Origin: a virus
Taxonomy: Duplodnaviria; Caudoviricetes
Strand: one strand, 5' to 3'
Virus record (IMG/VR): IMGVR_UViG_3300025736_000026
Span: 1 to 61,347 of that record
Length of the DNA: 61,347 bases
Below the pieces are notes generated by a model. It was not told where the DNA came from. It searched no databases and saw only the letters and a program-made list of their open reading frames with translations. Position numbers and translations under genes: made by a program. Positions 7,109 through 16,472 of this stretch are shown one piece after another. Numbering within the stretch: the first letter of the stretch is position 1; each line of letters starts with the position of its first letter.

Positions 7109-8422
7109 ATGGCTACCGAAGAACAAATAGAGTGCTTAGACAAAGAGATTGAATACCAAACTAACTATAAGGTAATGGGGCGCGCTAAAGGTGTTTTCAC
7201 CGAGGCGCAGTTGATAGCTGTTAAGACATATTTAGAAATGGGTTTTACAGGTTCTAAGATAGCAAAGCTTACAGGTGTTCCTCAAGATTCTGTTTACAAA
7301 TTAAACGCTGGTAAATTTGGACGTTTGCACGAAGTAGCAACGGATCCCGAACTTAAAAAACATTGGAATACAAAACGTAAGCATTTTATTGATGTAGCTT
7401 ATGAAAAAATTGAATTGATGTTAGCAGCCGTTGATGCTGATAAAGCCAAATCTGCCAATCTTAAAGATACAGTCGCTTCTATAGCAACCCTCGTACAGCA
7501 AATTGTTAATATGGTGGGAAGTACTAAACAAACAGTTGAAACGACTGAAGAGGCTGGTATAGTTAAAAACATGGCAGATAGTACTTTAGATGCGTTTATA
7601 ACTTCTGCGACAAAAACTTTAGGAGACGGCGGTGGAGTCATGCTGCGTAGAACAATCAAAAAGACCGTTGAGGAAAGCGCGGGGTTCAATGACGCCTCCG
7701 GCGCCGCAGCCAGTTTCCCTGGAGAACCCAACGATAGAGACACTGGAGAACCCAACGATAGAGACACTGGAGAACCCAACGATAGAGACACTGGAGAAGC
7801 CAGCGATAGAGACACTGGAGAACCCAACGGAGAAGCCCAGGAAAAAGCAACCGCGCTCCTCAGCACCACCCCTTCCGCCGGAGAAGCCGCTGGATACGAA
7901 TTTAGTGCAGGCGATCGAGGACATCCTAACGGGCAAGACGGAACATCTGAGCAAGAGCTTACTCGAGGACCTAGTGAGTCAGAAGCTATCAGCGGAGGAG
8001 GCGGTAGCCCAGATAGATGCTCCCCCGCCCAAGACTCTGACGCACAAAGTGGAAGCGGAGATGGAGATCGAGGAACCCACGTACTTGAAGAGCATCTACG
8101 ACCTGACGATAGAGCAGAAAGAGGGTCTAACTCGAGAGAAACAGAAGAGTCTGATACATTCGCTAAATACAAAGATGTGGAGGGCGTACAAGAAAGAGCT
8201 GGACAAGAGAACTCGTGCGCAATCACGCCGCCGAGCGAATCTGAGCTTCGGGGAACAGATAGACAAAAGTTCCGAGCCGCTGTCAAAACTGTCTCCAGTG
8301 GAGCTGGGCACCCACTTGATAAAGAACCCATCGACCCCGACTCAGACGGAAGCGGGTGCACTCCGGTTCTTGAAAATGCAGGAGACTACGAATCAAAAGC
8401 GCCTGTTAGCGCAAGCGCTTGA
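7109..8422 (+). CDS. putative terminase small subunit with long overprinted C-terminal extension
   Basis: N-terminal HTH (GFTGSKIAKLTGVPQDSVYKL) and helical region, directly upstream of TerL; C-terminal ~245 aa overlap TerL in another frame. Confidence 0.65.
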   Translation: MATEEQIECLDKEIEYQTNYKVMGRAKGVFTEAQLIAVKTYLEMGFTGSKIAKLTGVPQDSVYKLNAGKFGRLHEVATDPELKKHWNTKRKHFIDVAYEKIELMLAAVDADKAKSANLKDTVASIATLVQQIVNMVGSTKQTVETTEEAGIVKNMADSTLDAFITSATKTLGDGGGVMLRRTIKKTVEESAGFNDASGAAASFPGEPNDRDTGEPNDRDTGEPNDRDTGEASDRDTGEPNGEAQEKATALLSTTPSAGEAAGYEFSAGDRGHPNGQDGTSEQELTRGPSESEAISGGGGSPDRCSPAQDSDAQSGSGDGDRGTHVLEEHLRPDDRAERGSNSRETEESDTFAKYKDVEGVQERAGQENSCAITPPSESELRGTDRQKFRAAVKTVSSGAGHPLDKEPIDPDSDGSGCTPVLENAGDYESKAPVSASA

Positions 8423-9785
8423 TGAAAGATTAAAAAGGCAGGCCCATAATGATATCGACGCATTCTGCTTATACGTATTCGGATGGGAAAACGACTGGTT
8501 CCATCGAGAGTGGCATAAGGCTGTCGATAAAACCCCCTATACCCTTATTATCTCACCACGCGATCATGGAAAATCTTCTCAAATGTCAGTGGCCCGCGTT
8601 CTCTACGAACTCGGTAAAAACCCAAACCTCAGAGTTAAAATCGTCTCCCAAAGTGATGATAGAGCCTCCAATCTCCTCTCCGAAATTGTTGAACATATCC
8701 GTACCAATAAAAGATTACATGTCATATTTCCAGATATGCGGCCTGCACAAGGTAAACCATGGACGCAACATAAAATATATATACAAAGGCAGCTTATCTC
8801 CAAGGATCCATCTATTGAATCCCTTGGAATTCTTAGTACTGCAACCGGTGCTAGGGCAGACCTCATCGTCTTCGATGATGTTGTTGATTTCCGAAATGCA
8901 ATCCAAAATCCAAAATTACGTGATGTTGTCAAAGAAGCTTTCTTCTCTGTCTGGGTCAACCTACTCGAAGCGAGTGGAAGACTCATTTACATCTGTACAC
9001 TCTGGCATAGAGATGACTTATCACACGCACTTATTACAATGGATGCATACAATACAGTATTTTATTCAATTCCCGCAGGCAGCTTCGATCCCATCTGGGA
9101 AGAGCATTGGCCTCGAGAAGCTTTGGAAAAAAGATGTGAGGAGATAGGATTACGTGAATTCGACCGATCGTTCAGAAACATTGCTCTATCTGCAGAAGAT
9201 ACGCTCTTCAATGAGGAGTTTATCAAATCTTGCTATGTCGCTACAGAATGCCCCTCGGGACTTAAATTGTTCGCGGGAGTCGATCTCGCTGCAGGATTTG
9301 GTAAAAAGGCAAAGTACAACGTCCTCTTCACCCTCGGAGTCGATAGAATAGGCAGGAAGTGGCGTAAAGAAATTTTGAGGGGGAAATTTACTTCTCCTCA
9401 ATTTGCGAAGTTAATTATTAGTGCTTATGATAGATTACATCATCAAGTGATAATGGTTGAAAATAATGCATATCAACAAGCAATGATTGATTGGTTCGGC
9501 GAGTTAGGAAGAAAAGATGTACCCATAAAGGGATTTACGACTGGTAAGAATAAGCTGGACCTTAATATAGGTTTACCCAGTATCGCAGTAGAGTTTCAAA
9601 ATAAAGCGTGGGCGATACCGAGAGCTCAGAAACATGCTCCAACCTGTTTATGTAACGATTGTATCTGGATCAACGAGTTAACATCGTATCCAATAGGTAA
9701 AACATCCGATATCATCATGGCGCAGTGGTTGGCGCGAGAAGGTGCTCGTAAGTTTATGAATTTTGGTGGTTATGCTACATGGTAA
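7689..9785 (+). CDS. terL: terminase large subunit with N-terminal extension
   Basis: Walker A SPRDHGKS, GARADLIVFDD Walker B, ICTLWH coupling motif, nuclease GVDLA and VENNAYQ; start ATG 7689 is uncertain. Confidence 0.93.
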   Translation: MTPPAPQPVSLENPTIETLENPTIETLENPTIETLEKPAIETLENPTEKPRKKQPRSSAPPLPPEKPLDTNLVQAIEDILTGKTEHLSKSLLEDLVSQKLSAEEAVAQIDAPPPKTLTHKVEAEMEIEEPTYLKSIYDLTIEQKEGLTREKQKSLIHSLNTKMWRAYKKELDKRTRAQSRRRANLSFGEQIDKSSEPLSKLSPVELGTHLIKNPSTPTQTEAGALRFLKMQETTNQKRLLAQALDERLKRQAHNDIDAFCLYVFGWENDWFHREWHKAVDKTPYTLIISPRDHGKSSQMSVARVLYELGKNPNLRVKIVSQSDDRASNLLSEIVEHIRTNKRLHVIFPDMRPAQGKPWTQHKIYIQRQLISKDPSIESLGILSTATGARADLIVFDDVVDFRNAIQNPKLRDVVKEAFFSVWVNLLEASGRLIYICTLWHRDDLSHALITMDAYNTVFYSIPAGSFDPIWEEHWPREALEKRCEEIGLREFDRSFRNIALSAEDTLFNEEFIKSCYVATECPSGLKLFAGVDLAAGFGKKAKYNVLFTLGVDRIGRKWRKEILRGKFTSPQFAKLIISAYDRLHHQVIMVENNAYQQAMIDWFGELGRKDVPIKGFTTGKNKLDLNIGLPSIAVEFQNKAWAIPRAQKHAPTCLCNDCIWINELTSYPIGKTSDIIMAQWLAREGARKFMNFGGYATW
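7721..7828 (+). repeat. 24-bp tandem repeat, about 4.5 copies, in the dual-coding region
   Basis: GGAGAACCCAACGATAGAGACACT; reads GEPNDRDT in one frame and LENPTIET in the other. Confidence 0.95.
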
Positions 9786-9803
9786 TTGTCAGTTACTTGA
9801 GGA

Positions 9804-10076
9804 GTGGCAATGAGCATTTATAGATGGATTCAATGTAACGTGCCCGATTGGATTTTGCATATTCTTTTGGGATTTGTCTTTTTCGTTATAGGCTTTCTCG
9901 TAGGAAGTTTTAAAGGCGAAGGGACGTTTGTGGGACTTTACAGCGCTTGTCTCGGTAACTTCATCGTGGAGTTCTCTCAATGGGATGTTTTACAAAAAAC
10001 ATATAATTTTAAAGATGGCTTCGCCGATTTTGCTTTTGGAACTTTAGGCGCGTTAATTGGTTATATAATCCTTTAA
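9804..10076 (+). CDS. membrane protein (about 3 TM)
   Basis: Hydrophobic helices; GAGGAG RBS. Confidence 0.65.
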   Translation: MAMSIYRWIQCNVPDWILHILLGFVFFVIGFLVGSFKGEGTFVGLYSACLGNFIVEFSQWDVLQKTYNFKDGFADFAFGTLGALIGYIIL

Positions 10077-10087
10077 GGAGGTGTATC

Positions 10088-10261
10088 ATGGACGATTATG
10101 AGCGTACTATGGAAAAGGTTCGTGGTAAGGTAAAAGGCTTGTTATCTGAGCAGTACAAGAATGCGGTTAACAAAGAGCAGGTTTTTAACACCGTGACGGA
10201 TCTTATGTTGCAGGAGGCTGGAAGCTTTACACTCCTGCAAATAATCACTGGGTTGAAATAG
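10088..10261 (+). CDS. 57-aa hypothetical protein
   Basis: AAGGAGGTG RBS; not in track. Confidence 0.65.
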   Translation: MDDYERTMEKVRGKVKGLLSEQYKNAVNKEQVFNTVTDLMLQEAGSFTLLQIITGLK

Positions 10262-10272
10262 GGAGGCATTCA

Positions 10273-10788
10273 ATGTCTACGATCTCACAAGCTCAAGAAG
10301 CTGTTTTTCAAGGTTTATACGCGCATTTACTGACTGATTCTACTCTCGGTCCTCAGGAGAAGGCTATCAAGATTGCTGAACATCTCTATGGCGAGGAAGG
10401 CTCCGAGGATCTACGGAAAGTTATCGGCCGCGGCACACTGGCTCGTTTTACCGGGATTTCCGAATCGATCGCAACACGTATATTGAAGAGCGTTCGCGAT
10501 GGTACGACGATGGCATACGAGTCGTGTCTCAAGGGTGCCATCGCTGTGGAGGACTTTATCGAAAAGAATGACGTTACCCTACAGGTTCGGAAAGGTCTTG
10601 AGGAGCTCACGGGATCGTTAATTCCAGACATGCAGTTTCGGGATGCCCTCGGCATTTCTCCTACAATTTGGGCGCAGATACGCGAACGCTCAGAGTTCAG
10701 TATGTTTCAGGTCACTGTACGTAAAACGCTGTATTGGGCGAATCCTAAAGTCATCGATAAAGTGAGAGGAAAACTCGATTACTTATAA
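10273..10788 (+). CDS. hypothetical protein (possible HTH)
   Basis: GGGAGG RBS; IGRGTLARFTGISESIATRIL is HTH-like. Confidence 0.7.
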   Translation: MSTISQAQEAVFQGLYAHLLTDSTLGPQEKAIKIAEHLYGEEGSEDLRKVIGRGTLARFTGISESIATRILKSVRDGTTMAYESCLKGAIAVEDFIEKNDVTLQVRKGLEELTGSLIPDMQFRDALGISPTIWAQIRERSEFSMFQVTVRKTLYWANPKVIDKVRGKLDYL

Positions 10789-10799
10789 GGAGTTAAATT

Positions 10800-11903
10800 A
10801 TGGCTGGACTAAAAGGAGTAACACCGGAACAACTTAAGAAGCAAGTTGAACCTGATCCCAAATTGCGCGCTCTCAAAGCGGAAGTTGGGGAGCTTAGAAG
10901 TACAATCGACAGACTACGGCTCGACGAGGGGCAGATTCTAGCGATGACTGATGAAATTGTCAGCCATCTCAAACCTATTCAGCCGCCCCCTCTGGTTTAC
11001 GCGCCACCTGAAGCGAAGAAGGCTGTTGAGAGCCCCATATCTCTCGTAGTGCATAATACCGACTGGCATTACGGCGAGTACCAAGATCCTGACGAAGTTG
11101 AGGGCTTCGGGAGGTTTTCACGTGAAGTTTGTAAAAATCGCATCCTTAACAAATTCGTGCCTGGGCTGGTGGATTGGACGGAGCTTCATCGAAAGAGTTA
11201 TATCGTGGATGAATGTGTGTTGTTATACACAGGCGATATGATCTCCGGAGATATCCATCAGGAGTTAAAGGTTACGAATGAAGTACCCTCCACCGTGCAA
11301 GCTGTTGAGGCTGCGTATCTTATCTGTGATCAGATTCTCATGTTAACGCCGCATTTTAAAACCGTGCGCGTAGAATTTATCATCGTCGATAACCATTCGC
11401 GTTTGACTATCAAACCCCAGGCGAAGGAAGCAGGTCTTAATAGCTTCAATTATGTTACAGCGCGCATGGTTGAAGCTCTCTTGAAGAAGGCTTCGAATGT
11501 AACATTCAATTATTACCCGACGCTACAAAAAACCGTCGCCGTGCAGAATACACAATATCTCTGTATGCACGGACATCAAATCAAAGGTTGGGCTGGTTAT
11601 CCTTACTACGGTATGGATAGACAGGTCGGTAAAGAGGCTGTTCGACGTATGCAGAAGGCCTCGGCAGGAGATATGACATGGGGAGAGGTATTCGACCTGT
11701 GGAAGACACTCCGCTTTGATAAGATGTTGATGGGACATTTTCACGCGCCTCTTAACGGACCTTGGTGGTCCGTTGGCGGCTCAGTTTCAGGTACGAGTAC
11801 TTATGATCATCAGTTTGGGCGTTATACGCCCCCGACACAGACTGCATGGTTCGTGCATCCAAAGAGGGGCGAATTCGATTGGACTGTCTTTAATTTAACA
11901 TAA
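10800..11903 (+). CDS. calcineurin-like metallophosphoesterase/exonuclease
   Basis: Motifs DWH, GD, NH, HGH, GHFH in the expected order. Confidence 0.85.
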   Translation: MAGLKGVTPEQLKKQVEPDPKLRALKAEVGELRSTIDRLRLDEGQILAMTDEIVSHLKPIQPPPLVYAPPEAKKAVESPISLVVHNTDWHYGEYQDPDEVEGFGRFSREVCKNRILNKFVPGLVDWTELHRKSYIVDECVLLYTGDMISGDIHQELKVTNEVPSTVQAVEAAYLICDQILMLTPHFKTVRVEFIIVDNHSRLTIKPQAKEAGLNSFNYVTARMVEALLKKASNVTFNYYPTLQKTVAVQNTQYLCMHGHQIKGWAGYPYYGMDRQVGKEAVRRMQKASAGDMTWGEVFDLWKTLRFDKMLMGHFHAPLNGPWWSVGGSVSGTSTYDHQFGRYTPPTQTAWFVHPKRGEFDWTVFNLT

Positions 11904-11927
11904 TTTTCCCTCATGCGGTGCGGGCAA

Positions 11928-11987
11928 GGATGCGGCTAGAATGTTTGGTGGTAGCGACCTAATACCTACAAGCTTATAGCCGCATCC
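11928..11987 (+). other. intergenic stem-loop (11-bp perfect stem)
   Basis: GGATGCGGCTA...TAGCCGCATCC. Confidence 0.55.
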
Positions 11988-12008
11988 ACTCTAAAAAGGA
12001 GTTTTACG

Positions 12009-12269
12009 ATGGGTAAGGTTATACGCTATGTACACCACGACATTAAAGTAGCCGTGGATGAAACCCTTAAGGGTACGCATAGAGAACAATGTCTTTGCTA
12101 TCGCTGTAGACGTTTTAAGCCCTCTAAAGGAATTTCGCGTTGGTGGCGAAATTGCTTTAGGGCTAACCTTCTTTACAAGTTCTGTGTATTATTCAGTATG
12201 ACTACTCCGGTCTTCGAATGCCCAGCAGATAAATTCGAACCGAAAATAGAGCTACAACAGATATCTTAA
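12009..12269 (+). CDS. small Cys-rich protein
   Basis: CLCYRC...C...C...ECP; AAGGAG RBS. Confidence 0.7.
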   Translation: MGKVIRYVHHDIKVAVDETLKGTHREQCLCYRCRRFKPSKGISRWWRNCFRANLLYKFCVLFSMTTPVFECPADKFEPKIELQQIS

Positions 12270-12320
12270 AAAATCTGTGGATTTTAAATAGAAAATTTTG
12301 TATTTTATTAAGAGGAAATC

Positions 12321-12956
12321 ATGATCATTTGGCTTACAGGTCCTAGATATGAAGATATGACTAAAATTGCGGAGGAGCTCCGGATAGGAATGCCGGCTGC
12401 CATTCTATACTTCTTTGAGATTTTAGATCTTAAGACTATGTCCTATGTAGCCAGATCCTTGGAAGCTCAGATGATGACGGTTATCGCTTGCGGAGGTGCT
12501 AATACTATAGCCAAGCGTCATGAGGTATCTCAAATATGTAATCCTACATGGATACATGTACATCGAAAAGATCACAGTAATGTTGAGTATGAAGAGCCTG
12601 ATCCTGTTAAAGACACTCATCGTCTCGCGCAGGATGAGATGACGCATTATGAGTCGGTTAGACGTATCAGATACATAACGGGCTATACTGCTGAGAAACC
12701 CTATTTGATGTTTATAGGCAATTTTAACCATCTTACAGACGAAATATGCGCAAAAATCCGCTCTTTTGAGGTCGAAAGTACCATTATAATCGCCTTGAAT
12801 GATATACGTAGAGCGCCCGAAAATCCTACTATTACACCCATAATAGCGCGTTTACAAACACTTAGAAGAGAGTTTGGCTCGTCAGTAAAAGTGATAACTA
12901 TTCCCTATGCTGCGAATATTATAATTGAGAAAGACGGAAAGCTTTTGGGGGTATGA
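12321..12956 (+). CDS. degenerate adenylylsulfate-kinase-like + cytidylyltransferase-like fusion
   Basis: MIIWLTG start and YEEP as in APS kinases, but P-loop lost; C-terminal MFIGNFNHLT resembles FIGRWQPFHxGH without the HxGH. Confidence 0.55.
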   Translation: MIIWLTGPRYEDMTKIAEELRIGMPAAILYFFEILDLKTMSYVARSLEAQMMTVIACGGANTIAKRHEVSQICNPTWIHVHRKDHSNVEYEEPDPVKDTHRLAQDEMTHYESVRRIRYITGYTAEKPYLMFIGNFNHLTDEICAKIRSFEVESTIIIALNDIRRAPENPTITPIIARLQTLRREFGSSVKVITIPYAANIIIEKDGKLLGV

Positions 12957-12957
12957 T

Positions 12958-13668
12958 ATGAGTAGAAGCGTGTGCGTAGGTACCGGCTGGTACTCGGATA
13001 ACGAACGTAGAAATAAAACGAATCCCGCATGCGCCGCAGAATTCTTCGCTCCCGATTATCTTTGGCGTGTATGGTTACCGCATGTAACAAATTCTATAGA
13101 ACCTGGAGCTATTTTTGTTTATGAATCTATATGTGAACTTCCACTTACAAATCCTCCTGAGAATATAGAAGTTATTAGAGGAAAACGTTCGAATGCATCA
13201 AGACCATATTTACGTGATGAGCCGCATGACTGGGGAGCTTCAATAATGATGGGGGCGCAATACGCATATTGTAATGAAATGGACTTCGTATATTTTGAGC
13301 AAGATTGTTTGTGTTATAGATTGGATAAAGCTCTTGAGTGGGCTAGAGGAAAAAATCTTATCTACGGTTTTGGACCTTCAGCGTCATGGCAACCCGGATG
13401 GGCTGAACTAAGTTTTATATATGTTGCTTATAATTTTATACCTCTCTTTATGAAGCGTTTATATAATTTTAAATTGCATATATGGAATAACGATTTTGAT
13501 CGTGTTAAACATCCTGAAATCTGTATACATAAATTATTTCGTGACGACGCGGAATATTGGCCTTTTGGATATGGCCGGGTACTTCCTATCGATTGGAATC
13601 AAGAAGTTTTTTACGCTCAGCAGATGCAAGCAGGTGATCTGAGGAGATTTAAAGGGAAAGTATTGTAG
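12958..13668 (+). CDS. putative GT-A-like glycosyltransferase, unrecognised family (paralog 1)
   Basis: GWYSD...HDWGA...YAYCNEMDFVYFEQDC...WPFGYGR shared with the 17489 C-half and 20360. Confidence 0.6.
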   Translation: MSRSVCVGTGWYSDNERRNKTNPACAAEFFAPDYLWRVWLPHVTNSIEPGAIFVYESICELPLTNPPENIEVIRGKRSNASRPYLRDEPHDWGASIMMGAQYAYCNEMDFVYFEQDCLCYRLDKALEWARGKNLIYGFGPSASWQPGWAELSFIYVAYNFIPLFMKRLYNFKLHIWNNDFDRVKHPEICIHKLFRDDAEYWPFGYGRVLPIDWNQEVFYAQQMQAGDLRRFKGKVL

Positions 13669-13678
13669 GAGCTTTGTT

Positions 13679-15055
13679 ATGCCAGAACTTGAAAATGCTG
13701 TAGCAACTGCTCGTAAGCGGGTGCCTCGTACAACCAAAGGGGGTAAAGCTAAGGTTAGCGGGGTTGAAACTTGGAGTAAAGAGGCTTTATTACGACGCAC
13801 GGGAGATTACGTACAAACTCCGGATATATTACGTAAGTGTTATAAACGTTGCGCCTCGTGTCGGTGGTGTGCTGATACTATTGCACGTGAAACTGCTGCG
13901 TTACCTTGGGCCTTTGTACCGAATTATCAAGGTAAGGTAAAACCTCGTACGATACGTAACATAGTGGAACTCACGCAGCTATTTAACGATCCCAATGTTA
14001 ATGAAGAGAGCTTCGCGGATTTACTTCAACAAGCTCTCTTAGACGTTATGGTTTTAGACCGCGGCGTTATTGAAAAAGTTTTTAATGTCGGAGGCCATTT
14101 ATCTGAGCTGTGGGCGCGTAACGGGGCTACTTTCTTTCCCGTTCAAGATGATCATGGTGTTCTACACGGTTACATACAGAAATTTGATGCTGCTAGCCGT
14201 AATATTGAATTCGCGCGTGAAGAAGTTGTATTCATACGTTTATATCCCACTACATATTCAAAATTTGGCCTACCTATTATTGAATCCGTCATTAACGAGA
14301 TTGGCGCATTATTATTCTCAATCGATTGGGTTGCTGAATCCTTTACCGAAGATGATATACCTCCCGGAATCCTTACGCTGGGCGAGATAGGCGAGGAAGC
14401 TTATAAAAGAGCCCGCGCAGATTTTCATGAGGGTAAGGGTCAATCTGGTAAGGGAAAAATACGCGTAATCGATAACGTAAAGGATGCTAAGTGGATACCT
14501 CTTACGCGCTCAAATTCTGAAATGCAGCTTATGGAGCTTTCCGAAAGGCTCGATCGTATTGTTTATCGTAATTTCGATATTGAATATGACGTGGCGGGAA
14601 GTGATACTACAGGCCTTACGCTTACTGAGAAACTTCAAAAGATAAAACTTATTAAGCCTCTCGCACGTAGAGTTGCTTGGAAGATAAACAACGAGATCGT
14701 GCAGCCTATGGGCTACGATGATGTAAGGTTTCAATTTATAATACGCGATACCGTTCCCGAGCAGCAAAGAGCTGCCGCGTCTAAAACTTACGTAATCACA
14801 GGGCAACGTTCAATTAATGAGGAACGCTCAAAAGATGGCTTTCCGCCTATACCGGGTGGAGATAGACGTTTTATATTGATAGGTAAACGTATGGTCTTCG
14901 TTGATAATTTAAATGCGTTACCTTCTGAGACTTTGAATGAAAAGAAGACTGCTACGCGAGAAGGTACTACCGAGCAAGCTACCGAGCAAGAACAAAAAGA
15001 AACTGATGTCGGGAGTAGTCGTGAAGAACAGCCTGTTGAAAGGACAAGGGAGTAA
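13679..15055 (+). CDS. portal protein
   Basis: DPN, GLPIIE, PPGIL, SINEERSKDGFPPIPGGD are typical of HK97-type portals; position after TerL. Confidence 0.9.
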   Translation: MPELENAVATARKRVPRTTKGGKAKVSGVETWSKEALLRRTGDYVQTPDILRKCYKRCASCRWCADTIARETAALPWAFVPNYQGKVKPRTIRNIVELTQLFNDPNVNEESFADLLQQALLDVMVLDRGVIEKVFNVGGHLSELWARNGATFFPVQDDHGVLHGYIQKFDAASRNIEFAREEVVFIRLYPTTYSKFGLPIIESVINEIGALLFSIDWVAESFTEDDIPPGILTLGEIGEEAYKRARADFHEGKGQSGKGKIRVIDNVKDAKWIPLTRSNSEMQLMELSERLDRIVYRNFDIEYDVAGSDTTGLTLTEKLQKIKLIKPLARRVAWKINNEIVQPMGYDDVRFQFIIRDTVPEQQRAAASKTYVITGQRSINEERSKDGFPPIPGGDRRFILIGKRMVFVDNLNALPSETLNEKKTATREGTTEQATEQEQKETDVGSSREEQPVERTRE

Positions 15056-15058
15056 ATT

Positions 15059-15676
15059 ATGCCTGTGAAACCTAAATTGCCTCCGGGTATAAATCCTCAG
15101 ATCGCACAAGCGTTTGAGGGGGCACACGTATTTAAACTGGATGGTAAGGAGGATCCTGCTAAGATGGAAGATCAGGATCTTTACTTTGCACATTCAATAT
15201 GCCACGCTTTTTATCGAAATATGTCCAGAGCAATTAAAATTGCAGGCTGGACACAAGAAACTCTTGTCGTTTATTATAAAAAGCTTGTCAAGGAGATGGT
15301 AGCCCGGGCAATGATAGTTGTGCCTACTGATGATATACTCGGCGAGTCTATCGTTGATATAGTACAGGTTCAAGTTACTGAGAAAGAGCTTGGTACGGAA
15401 GATGCCGGGGATGTTCTCACACAGCCAAAGATTCAGGGAGCTAAAAAGAAAAAACCTTCTGAGATGCGTAAAGTTCTCGATTCTACAGATCCCGCAGAAG
15501 TGATGTCGAAAGCTCTAGTATTCTTTCAAAAGTATGATGCGCGTTCCATTTTGTCCGTACTACAAATTGCTGAAGAAGCTGAAATGCTAAAAATGATGGA
15601 GGAAGCACCTGATGCTCAAGCAGCCGAGGAAGAAACCTCAGATGCTCTTAATTCTGGGGGGCCTACGAATCGGTGA
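15059..15676 (+). CDS. hypothetical protein (head module)
   Basis: 205 aa, GGGAG RBS. Confidence 0.7.
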   Translation: MPVKPKLPPGINPQIAQAFEGAHVFKLDGKEDPAKMEDQDLYFAHSICHAFYRNMSRAIKIAGWTQETLVVYYKKLVKEMVARAMIVVPTDDILGESIVDIVQVQVTEKELGTEDAGDVLTQPKIQGAKKKKPSEMRKVLDSTDPAEVMSKALVFFQKYDARSILSVLQIAEEAEMLKMMEEAPDAQAAEEETSDALNSGGPTNR

Positions 15677-16472
15677 TACTTTTCATATTATACCGTTTCT
15701 TAAGCGTGCCTGTCAAAAATATCATGTTCATTGGATTCACGGTAAGTATGCCGCCCCCGCGGTAGAATTTATTCGTGATTGTATTGTAGGGATGGATATC
15801 TCTAGTGAAGCGCGTTCCGAGATGAAAAGTCTTCCTGGAGGCTATCCCGACGTAAAAGAATTCGCGCTATTAAACATTCAAGATGTTGATATAACTAGTT
15901 ATGATGTAGTAGTACCCCCCGTGGAGAAAATTGATGTCTGGTTTCCCGAGCTTGTATGCCCTAACATGGTTCATACAAGCTTTAACATAGCAGGTGTTGA
16001 ATTCGATAGACGCACGGATGCACTTGTTGCCTTGCGAGATCCCGCACCTCTTCAAGATCATATCGTTGTACAACCTACTACAGTATCTACATGGAAGTGC
16101 AGTGATGCTTTATACTCTATACATTCCAATGCTTTTAGAGGTCGTACTGTCTATAGTGTGGGTAGAGAGAACGAACGCGGTATTCCCGGGCCACAAGTAG
16201 TTTTTAAAGGTTCACGCTCTTTTTCCGAAGTCGCGCAGTTACTCATTTCTGCGCGTTTTGTGGTTACGTTACATAGTGCGATAGCTTGTCTAGCTTATCA
16301 TTTGGGAGTACCTTTAATTTGTGTATCTTTTGGACCGAATCTTTTCCCTTTTCATATAAATCGTCCTAATAATATGGAGCTCATAAAACCTACGGTACCT
16401 CCGTTATTAGAGGCTATTCGTTCTTATATAGATACGCCCCGTAAGCATATTAAAGAGGGAGAACTCACATGA
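15612..16472 (+). CDS. GT9 (heptosyltransferase-like) GT-B glycosyltransferase
   Basis: RIGDT at N-terminus; IVVQP; FSEVAQLLISARFVVTLHSAIACLAYHLGVP resembles the GT9 DSGxxHLAxAxGxP region. Confidence 0.75.
   Translation: MLKQPRKKPQMLLILGGLRIGDTFHIIPFLKRACQKYHVHWIHGKYAAPAVEFIRDCIVGMDISSEARSEMKSLPGGYPDVKEFALLNIQDVDITSYDVVVPPVEKIDVWFPELVCPNMVHTSFNIAGVEFDRRTDALVALRDPAPLQDHIVVQPTTVSTWKCSDALYSIHSNAFRGRTVYSVGRENERGIPGPQVVFKGSRSFSEVAQLLISARFVVTLHSAIACLAYHLGVPLICVSFGPNLFPFHINRPNNMELIKPTVPPLLEAIRSYIDTPRKHIKEGELT

Noticed and set aside
7399-8361. 320-aa antisense ORF as a third overlapping gene
   Set aside because: Ser/Pro/Leu-rich mirror of the purine-rich dual-coding strand; no clear RBS or promoter.
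7689-9785. Intein in TerL (also checked helicase and primase)
   Set aside because: The extra length is N-terminal; no C...HN splice motifs; catalytic motif spacing is normal.
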